Positions 57,636-64,000 of a stretch of DNA of 64,000 nucleotides are shown piece after piece (position 1 is the stretch's first letter; every line of letters begins with the position of its first letter). A program made the translations under genes and the position numbers. This DNA comes from Pedosphaera sp. (GTDB lineage Bacteria > Verrucomicrobiota > Verrucomicrobiia > Limisphaerales > SIBH01). The notes under the pieces were generated by a model that was not told where the DNA came from, ran no database searches, and saw nothing but the letters and a program-made list of their open reading frames with translations. The stretch lies in contig JANOQV010000240.1 of NCBI GenBank assembly GCA_031414955.1, positions 10,771-74,770 of the forward strand, read 5' to 3'.

Positions 57636-58811
57636 GTGAAATACGTTCATCGCGAGCTGGAACAGCAGTTGGCCCGGGCCGCGCGCCACTTTCCCGCCGT
57701 GGTTCTCACCGGCCCGCGCCGGGCGGGCAAGACGATGCTGCTGCGCCGGACTTTCCCCAAGGCGGGCTACTTCCTGCTCGAAGATCCCGACGTGGTGGCC
57801 CGGTTGCGCGCCGATCCGCACGGCTTCCTCGACGCGGTGAAGACGCCCGTGATTCTCGACGAGGTGCAACAGGTGCCGGAAGTGTTCGCGTTCGTCCGGG
57901 CGCGCATCGACCGCCAGCCGCGCCGCACGGGGCAGTGGCTGTTGACCGGCTCGCAGGAATCGCCGCTCATGCGGGGCGTGACGGAATCCATGGCCGGCCG
58001 CGCGGCGGTGCTGCAACTGCTGCCCCTGTCCGTGCGCGAGTCGGCGAAGGTGAGCCTGCTGCTCGGCGGTTATCCCGAAGTGGTGGCGCGTCCTGGCGGC
58101 GCGCGGCTGTGGCTGTCGTCGTATTTGCAGACGTATCTGGAGCGGGACGTGCGGGCGGTCACGGCGGTGAAGGATCTCGCGCTGTTCCGCCGTTTTCTCG
58201 CGCTGCTCGCCAGCCGGCACGGGCAGGTCTTGAACAAGACGGACCTGGCCGCGCCGCTGGGCGTGAGCGTGCCGACCATCGCGCAATGGCTCGGCGTGCT
58301 GGAGACGACCGCGCAAATTTTGATCGTGCCGCCGTTCTACGAGAATCTGGGCAAGCGGCTGATTAAATCGCCCAAGGTGTATATCGCCGACTCCGGCCTC
58401 GCGTGCCACCTGCTGGGCATCGAGACGGCGGCGGAACTGGATCGGTCGCCGTTCCTCGGCGCGCTGTTCGAGGGTTTCATCGCGGCGGAAATCGTCAAGG
58501 GGCAGGTCAACGCCGGCCGTCGCCGGGAGCTGTATTATTTTCGCGACGAGCAGGGACTGGAAGTGGACTTCCTCGTGCCCGGACGCAGCGGTGCGGTGGC
58601 GCTGGTGGAATGCAAGGCGGGCCGCACCGTGACGCCGGCGATGGCTGCGCCGATGCAGCGGCTGGCGGAGGCATTGAAACGGAAGCGCCCCGAGGCGACG
58701 CCCGTCGCGCAGTTCCTGGTGCATCGCGAGCCGAAGGCCGGGTCGCCGACCCACGCCGTCGCTCCCGGCGTGCGAGCGCTGCCGTGGCGGAGATTTCTCG
58801 AAGAACTGTGA
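57636..58811 (+). CDS. AAA_14 ATPase with wHTH and DUF4143 (PD-(D/E)xK-like) domain
   Basis: GPRRAGKT, LDEVQ, LTGS, ESMAGR, GGYP, YLERDV, KSPKVYIADSGL, EVDFL...VECK. Confidence 0.93.
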   Translation: MKYVHRELEQQLARAARHFPAVVLTGPRRAGKTMLLRRTFPKAGYFLLEDPDVVARLRADPHGFLDAVKTPVILDEVQQVPEVFAFVRARIDRQPRRTGQWLLTGSQESPLMRGVTESMAGRAAVLQLLPLSVRESAKVSLLLGGYPEVVARPGGARLWLSSYLQTYLERDVRAVTAVKDLALFRRFLALLASRHGQVLNKTDLAAPLGVSVPTIAQWLGVLETTAQILIVPPFYENLGKRLIKSPKVYIADSGLACHLLGIETAAELDRSPFLGALFEGFIAAEIVKGQVNAGRRRELYYFRDEQGLEVDFLVPGRSGAVALVECKAGRTVTPAMAAPMQRLAEALKRKRPEATPVAQFLVHREPKAGSPTHAVAPGVRALPWRRFLEEL

Positions 58812-58863
58812 TTGTTCCGCAGACTGGATGAATGGAACAGCGACAAAGCTTGGCACAGGCACA

Positions 58864-58917
58864 AACTTCCTCGTCATCATGAAGGATGGAAAGAATTTTA
58901 AGGACACGCGGAAGTAG
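58864..58917 (+). repeat. Diverged duplicate of the amidohydrolase 3' end
   Basis: Encodes NFLVIMKDGKNFKDTRK* versus NFLVIMKDGKVFKNTVK at 57488-57538; first 20 nt identical. Confidence 0.8.
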
Positions 58918-58961
58918 TTTCGTCATCCTTGTGCAGAAACCAAAACCAACAAAGCAAAAGC

Positions 58962-59405
58962 ATGAGAACAAACACATCACTCAAAAACTTGGCGGTCATT
59001 CTGGTGCTCGGCCTCGTCGCGCTGCTGGCCGCGCCGGCCAACGCACAAAAGAAAGTCACCCCCAAACCCGGCCTCCCCGGCAGTTGGCAGCTGATCGGAA
59101 CCACCCAGGCCGGTCACACGGCGGACCACGATGCCATCATCGTGAAAGGCCCGTTTGACGACTTCCGCAAGATCAAGTTCAAGGTGACCGATGCGCCACT
59201 GGAGATGCACCGCATGGTGGTGACCTACGACAACGGTGTGCCGGACAAGATAGATGTCCGCGAGAAAATCAAAAAGGGAGGCGAGAGCCGGGTGATTGAT
59301 TTGCGCGGCGCGGGCAAACGCAGCATCCGCAAGATCGAGTTCTGGTATGAGACCAAAGGACTCCTGAACGGCAAGGCGGATGTGAGCGTGTTTGGGATGA
59401 AATGA
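58962..59405 (+). CDS. Exported DUF2541/YaaI-like protein
   Basis: Signal peptide; WQLIG...DHDAI, VTYDNG, SRVIDLRG..RSIRKIEFWY. Confidence 0.75.
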   Translation: MRTNTSLKNLAVILVLGLVALLAAPANAQKKVTPKPGLPGSWQLIGTTQAGHTADHDAIIVKGPFDDFRKIKFKVTDAPLEMHRMVVTYDNGVPDKIDVREKIKKGGESRVIDLRGAGKRSIRKIEFWYETKGLLNGKADVSVFGMK

Positions 59406-59465
59406 TGAGCCGCCCGCCTTCACGGGCGGGGTCGCATGCTGCCGCCGGCGTTTTTTGGAATCCTT

Positions 59466-60536
59466 ATGAAGATGATGTCGGGGAAAGTGTGTTGCCTCAT
59501 TGGCTTGGTTTGCGTCGGCTTGGCCGCGTCAGGCTGCCGAAGTCTTGGGCCGCGCACTATCCCGAAAGATCGCGCGGATTACAGCGAGGCGATTGGTGAT
59601 TCTTGGATGCGCCAGACGCTGCTCAACATTGTCAAGCTGCGCTACAACACGGCACCGGTCTTTGTGGATGTCGCCTCCATCGTCGGCGGTTACTCGACGG
59701 AATCGGAAGTGGGCGGGGCGTTGAATTTTTCGTGGCCGAACGCGGCGGACGTCGCAAATATCAATGGCAAGCTGCGCTTCACCGACCGCCCCACCATCAC
59801 TTACACGCCGCTCACCGGTGGCAAGTTCATGCGCAGCCTGATCACTCCCATCCGACCAGAGGAGTTGTTCTTCACCATCCAATCAGGCTGGAACGCCGGA
59901 GCCATCCTGACCGCAGGCGTGGCTTCGATCAACGGCGTGCGCAACCGCGAACAGTCCCCGGAGGGCGCAACTGCGGCGGACCCTGATTTCATCCGGGTCG
60001 TGCAACTCATGGGGAAAATCCAGCAATCTGGCTGCGTCGGAATCCGCATCGTACTGGATCAACAGAAACACCAGACGACACTGCTCACGTTTCACAATGA
60101 GAACATGCCGCCGGAAGTGCGCGATCAGATCGGCGAGTTGCGCCGGTTGCTCCGTTTGGACCCCGATGCAAAGGAATTCCGGCTTGTCTATGGCAACGCG
60201 GCATCCAGCAACACCGAGATCGCCGTGCGCAGCCGTTCGCTCATTCAAATCATGAGTCTGATGTCCGCAGAAATGGAAGTGCCCGAAGCCCACATCAAGG
60301 AAGGCCGGACGACTCCGGGGCCGCAGCACGGGGCAAAACCACTGGCGCGCATTCGTTGCTCGCCCGACAAGCCGGACGATGCACTCGTCGCGGTAAAGTT
60401 CCGCAATCACTGGTTCTGGGTGGATGATCGTGACGTGCCCTCCAAGCGCGGTTTCAGTTTCATCATGTTGTTGTTCACGCTCGCCGATGCGGGCGAACAG
60501 CAGAATCTCCCGCTCATCACCATCCCCGCGCAGTGA
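59466..60536 (+). CDS. Hypothetical lipoprotein
   Basis: ASGC lipobox; LLNIVKLRY, PTITYTPLTG, WFWVDDRD, PLITIP; start uncertain. Confidence 0.8.
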   Translation: MKMMSGKVCCLIGLVCVGLAASGCRSLGPRTIPKDRADYSEAIGDSWMRQTLLNIVKLRYNTAPVFVDVASIVGGYSTESEVGGALNFSWPNAADVANINGKLRFTDRPTITYTPLTGGKFMRSLITPIRPEELFFTIQSGWNAGAILTAGVASINGVRNREQSPEGATAADPDFIRVVQLMGKIQQSGCVGIRIVLDQQKHQTTLLTFHNENMPPEVRDQIGELRRLLRLDPDAKEFRLVYGNAASSNTEIAVRSRSLIQIMSLMSAEMEVPEAHIKEGRTTPGPQHGAKPLARIRCSPDKPDDALVAVKFRNHWFWVDDRDVPSKRGFSFIMLLFTLADAGEQQNLPLITIPAQ

Positions 60537-60620
60537 AAACACCGGGCTTGATTCGCGTTGGCCAACACCCCAAAGATGCAAAACACGTTCCAATGAACCT
60601 CAAATCGAAGGGCGCGTCCG

Positions 60621-60669
60621 ATGTTGCTCTTTGACCGATAGCCAAAAAACAATCCTCAAACCCATGAAA
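60621..60669 (+). repeat. Direct repeat of 62094-62142 (antiporter 3' end + intergenic + next start codon)
   Basis: 46/49 nt identical: atgttgctctttgaccgatagccaa...caatcct.aaacccatgaaa. Confidence 0.9.
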
Positions 60670-60972
60670 TCAAAACTCCTGTTCACGACCACTGTTGCAG
60701 TGCTGCTCGGCGCGACCACCTTCGCGCAGGACGCGCCCAAGTCCGTCACGCTGTTTTCCAACGTCCGCATCTTCGACGGCAAATCCGCCGCGCTCACCGC
60801 ACCCATGAACGTCCTCGTGCGCGGCAGCAAGATCAAGAAGATGTCTGCCGCACCCATCGCCACCGACAAGTGCGGCGACACGGTCATCATTGACGGCGCG
60901 GGCAAGACGCTCATGCCGGGGCGGATATTCTTACTGCCATCAAAGTGCGAAGTGCGTAGCGTTAATGGATGA
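60664..60972 (+). pseudogene. 5' fragment of an amidohydrolase paralogue
   Basis: SVTLFSNVRIFDGKSAALTAPMNVLVRG...DGAGKTLMPG closely matches the 56201 protein, then breaks off just before the HxH metal motif. Confidence 0.85.
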
Positions 60973-62114
60973 CCACAAGCCAAGGGATCACTCGCGAGCC
61001 GGACAACAACGACCGGCAAGATTCTTGGCGGCGTGAATGGCCGCTGGTGCTGGCCGTCGCTACTCTGGTTTCGGCGTGGCTGGGCAAAGGCTGGATCGCC
61101 AGCGCGCTTAACCAGCCGGGGTTGCTGATCCTTCTGCTTGCCGTTCTCTGCGGCGTGGTTCTCACAGCGGCCATCGCCATCGTGCGGCACGCGGATGAAC
61201 TGGCGCATCGGTTGGGTGAACCGGCGGGAACATTGCTGCTCACGCTGGCGGTCACCGGATTGGAGGTGGCGATGGTGGCGTTCGTCATGTCCACCGGCGA
61301 GGCCAAGCCGATGCTTGCGCGCGACACGATGTTCGCGGTGGTCATGCTGGTGCTGAATGGTTTCTTGGGCTTCGCGCTGCTGCTGGGCGGGCTGCGCCAT
61401 CGCGAACAGCCTTTCAATCTTCAGAGTGCGAATGCGTTTCTCCTGATGATCGTGCCGCTGACTGTGCTCGGCCTAGTCCTGCCAAACTTCACGCGCGCGA
61501 CACCCGGTCCGACGCTCTCGACGTTTCAAATGGTTTTCCTCTCGCTGATGTCGGTTGGCATTTATTCGGCTTTTTTGTTTGTGCAAAACCGGCGGCATCG
61601 CGGCTTCTTCACCATGCCCGAAGAGGCGGGCCATCCGGCGGAAGCGGCGGTTCATTCCGCGCGGCCAACCTTCTATCACGCCGTGATGCTGGGGCTATAC
61701 GGGTTGCCGCTGGTTCTGCTCGCCAAGCAAATGGCCGCGCCGCTCGACGCGATGGTGCTCAAGCTCCACGCGCCGCCAGCCATCGGCGGTTTCATCATGG
61801 CGCTGCTGGTGCTCGCGCCCGAATCCATCGCCGCCATCCGCGCCGCACTGGCCAACCGCCTTCAGCGTTCGGTGAACATCCTGCTTGGCTCGGTGCTCGC
61901 CTCCATCGGGCTAACCATTCCTCTCGTCATCACGGTATCGCTCGCCACCGGACGCCCGCTTGTGCTCGGGCTGGATGGCACCGATACGGTGATGCTCCTG
62001 CTCACGCTGGTGACCAGCATCCTTACCTTCTCCCTGCCGCGAACGAACGTGCTGCCCGGCTGCGTCCATCTGCTGCTGTTCGGCGCGTATCTCATGTTGC
62101 TCTTTGACCGATAG
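60969..62114 (+). CDS. chaA: Ca2+/H+ antiporter (CaCA, ChaA-like)
   Basis: HADELAHRLGEPAGTLLLTLAVTGLEV, LARDTMFAVVM, LAPE, LQRSVNILLGSVLASIGLTIP. Confidence 0.88.
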   Translation: MTTSQGITREPDNNDRQDSWRREWPLVLAVATLVSAWLGKGWIASALNQPGLLILLLAVLCGVVLTAAIAIVRHADELAHRLGEPAGTLLLTLAVTGLEVAMVAFVMSTGEAKPMLARDTMFAVVMLVLNGFLGFALLLGGLRHREQPFNLQSANAFLLMIVPLTVLGLVLPNFTRATPGPTLSTFQMVFLSLMSVGIYSAFLFVQNRRHRGFFTMPEEAGHPAEAAVHSARPTFYHAVMLGLYGLPLVLLAKQMAAPLDAMVLKLHAPPAIGGFIMALLVLAPESIAAIRAALANRLQRSVNILLGSVLASIGLTIPLVITVSLATGRPLVLGLDGTDTVMLLLTLVTSILTFSLPRTNVLPGCVHLLLFGAYLMLLFDR

Positions 62115-62136
62115 CCAATATACAATCCTGAAACCC

Positions 62137-63435
62137 ATGAAACTGAAATCAAACTTCCTGTCCATGTCCGCCGTTGCCGCAACGTCCGCGCTGGCGTTTC
62201 AGATGGCCGCTTTCGCCGCTGAACCGGCGACGGTCATTTCAACCACCGCGCCAGCGCCCGGCTGGCTGGAGCGCGACACGCTCACCGGGGATTGGGGCGG
62301 CGGGCGCACCTGGTTGCAGGAACACGGCGTCAGCCTCAAGCCCCGGCTCACGCAGTTTTATCAGGGACTGACCTCCGGCGATGGCGATCACGGTTTTGAA
62401 TACGGCGGCAAGCTGGATCTGTTGCTCAATGCCAGTCTCAGCAAGCTCGGTCTGTGGGACGGGCTTTCGCTGACCACGCACGCGGAATACAACTTCGGCG
62501 AGAGCGCCAACGGTCGCGGGGGCACGCTGCTGCCGGTCAACACCGCGCTGCTTTTCCCAGGGTTGGACGGCGCGGATGCGTTTGACCTGTCGAGCGTTTT
62601 TCTCGCGCAGAAGTTCAGCGACTCCGTTTCCCTGATGTTCGGCAAGATCAACATGGTGGACATCGCCGCTGGCAAGCCATTCATGGGCGGCGCGGGCATT
62701 GATGCGTTCCAGCACATCGCCTTTGCCGCGCCGCCCAGCGGGATTGTGCCGCCTTACATTTTCGGCGGCATCCTTAGCGTGCAGACCAAGCCCGCCAGTT
62801 TCACGTTTATGATCTTTGACCCGGTGAGTGCCGTGAACCGGTCGGGGCTTGAACATCCGTTCTCCGAAGGCGTCACATTCCGCGCGAGTGTGGATGTTCC
62901 TGTGACCATCGCCGGTCGCAGCGGACATCAAGGACTCGCTGCCGCTTACAGCACGCAGGACGGCACCGATCTGTCGAGCCTCGGCGACATTATCTTGCCG
63001 CCACCCGGCGGCGGAACGGTCGGTATCAAGAACGACCGTTACCACTTCGCGTATTCGTTCGACCAATTTATCTACCAGTCGAAAGAAAATCCCACGGAAG
63101 GCTTCGGGCTGTTCGGCCAGGTCGCAATCTCCGATGGCAATCCCAATTCGCTGGACTGGTCGGCCATCGCGGGCGTGGGCGGCACGGGCCTGATTCCGGG
63201 CCGGAGTCGGGACAAGTGGGGTGTCGGCTTTTTTCACTACTCGGTGAGCGGTGCCTTGAAGCGGTCACTGGCTCCCGCCGTCGCCATTGATGACGAACAA
63301 GGCGTGGAAATTTTTTACAACGCCGCGCTCACGCCGTGGTTTCATCTGGGAGTGGACGTGCAAATCATTGACCCTGCGCTTAACCAAAACGACACAGCGG
63401 TATTTGCCGGACTCCGCGCCGTCATCAAATTTTAA
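62137..63435 (+). CDS. Carbohydrate-selective porin, OprB family
   Basis: Signal peptide; LTGDWGGGRTWL, GKIN, EIFYNAAL, DVQII, terminal Phe. Confidence 0.88.
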   Translation: MKLKSNFLSMSAVAATSALAFQMAAFAAEPATVISTTAPAPGWLERDTLTGDWGGGRTWLQEHGVSLKPRLTQFYQGLTSGDGDHGFEYGGKLDLLLNASLSKLGLWDGLSLTTHAEYNFGESANGRGGTLLPVNTALLFPGLDGADAFDLSSVFLAQKFSDSVSLMFGKINMVDIAAGKPFMGGAGIDAFQHIAFAAPPSGIVPPYIFGGILSVQTKPASFTFMIFDPVSAVNRSGLEHPFSEGVTFRASVDVPVTIAGRSGHQGLAAAYSTQDGTDLSSLGDIILPPPGGGTVGIKNDRYHFAYSFDQFIYQSKENPTEGFGLFGQVAISDGNPNSLDWSAIAGVGGTGLIPGRSRDKWGVGFFHYSVSGALKRSLAPAVAIDDEQGVEIFYNAALTPWFHLGVDVQIIDPALNQNDTAVFAGLRAVIKF

Positions 63436-63463
63436 TGCGATAAGAAAAATGGAAATCAACCTC

Positions 63464-64000
63464 ATGAAACCAAACACCATGCTCAAAAACACCCTCTCCG
63501 CCCTGTGCGGGCTGCTACTCATCACCGGCTGCGATCAAAAGCCGGCGACAACAACCGAAGCAAAGCCCGGCACTGCTGGAATTGCCGACACCATCTACAC
63601 CGGGGGCAACATCATCACGATCAATGACGCCGCACCGTCCGCCGAGGCGCTCGCGGTGAAGGACGGAAAAATTCTCGCCGTCGGCGCGAAGGCCGATGTG
63701 CTCAAGACGAAAGGCGGCGCGACGAAGCTGGTTGATCTTGGCGGCAAGACGCTCGTTCCCGGGTTCGTGGACGGGCACAGTCATTTCGGCGGAGTCGGGT
63801 TTCAGACTGTCGCGGCCAACCTGTTGTCGCCGCCCGACGGGCCGGTGAAAAACATCGCAGAGCTACAGCAGGTCATGCGCGATTACATGGCGGCTTCGCC
63901 GTTGGTGAAGGCGCGCGGCGTCGTCATCGGCATGAACTATGACGATTCGCAGCTCGCCGAGCGCCGCCATCCGACCCGGCAGGATCTGGACGCGATCTCC
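63464..64000 (+). CDS. Lipoprotein amidohydrolase-3 (YtcJ-like), partial (runs off window end)
   Basis: LITGC lipobox; ADTIYTGGNIITIN, AEALAVKDGKILAVG, DLGGKTLVPGFVDGHSHF; in-frame ATGs at 63449, 63464 and 63479. Confidence 0.88.
   Translation, partial: MKPNTMLKNTLSALCGLLLITGCDQKPATTTEAKPGTAGIADTIYTGGNIITINDAAPSAEALAVKDGKILAVGAKADVLKTKGGATKLVDLGGKTLVPGFVDGHSHFGGVGFQTVAANLLSPPDGPVKNIAELQQVMRDYMAASPLVKARGVVIGMNYDDSQLAERRHPTRQDLDAIS

Noticed and set aside
1..64000. CRISPR array, tRNA/rRNA, integrase or IS transposase
   Set aside because: None recognised by eye; the repeats found are inverted pairs or short micro-arrays without spacers. A covariance-model search could still reveal small RNAs

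Overview
GC-rich bacterial chromosome segment. The gene families (PVC-type dehydrogenase, ECF sigma/Ser-Thr kinase pair, verrucomicrobial-type surface protein domain) suggest Verrucomicrobiota; this is an inference. From left to right: (1) 1-4.4 kb, a nitrosative-stress cluster (nnrS, dihaem cytochrome c, DUF1259-rhodanese) facing the decayed remains of a nirK/NirV-like operon. (2) ftsH. (3) 6.6-15.7 kb, a 1579-aa secreted lipase-like/Ig-repeat protein divergent from an ECF sigma plus WD40 Ser/Thr kinase, with a shared candidate ECF promoter. (4) An rpe 5' fragment and purB. (5) 17.6-26.5 kb, a defence island: an ABC ATPase + TOPRIM-like pair translationally coupled to a complete Wadjet jetABCD, then a TfoX-domain gene. 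(6) A PVC-type dehydrogenase with a cupredoxin tail. (7) 30.8-51.6 kb, a surface polysaccharide locus with many decoration enzymes. It includes an SGNH / carbamoyltransferase / SxtJ / SxtK-like module whose small membrane peptide ends in FIYTLF, matching the DltX acyl-shuttle motif. This is the best candidate for an undescribed system (trans-envelope glycan carbamoylation). (8) A PL10 pectate lyase and thyA. (9) 55.6-64 kb, a mosaic region of amidohydrolases, porins and gene relics with short duplications. Several REPIN-like inverted repeats and heptamer arrays lie in intergenic DNA. No rRNA, tRNA, CRISPR array, integrase or transposase was recognised. All family calls come from motif recognition by eye, not database searches.
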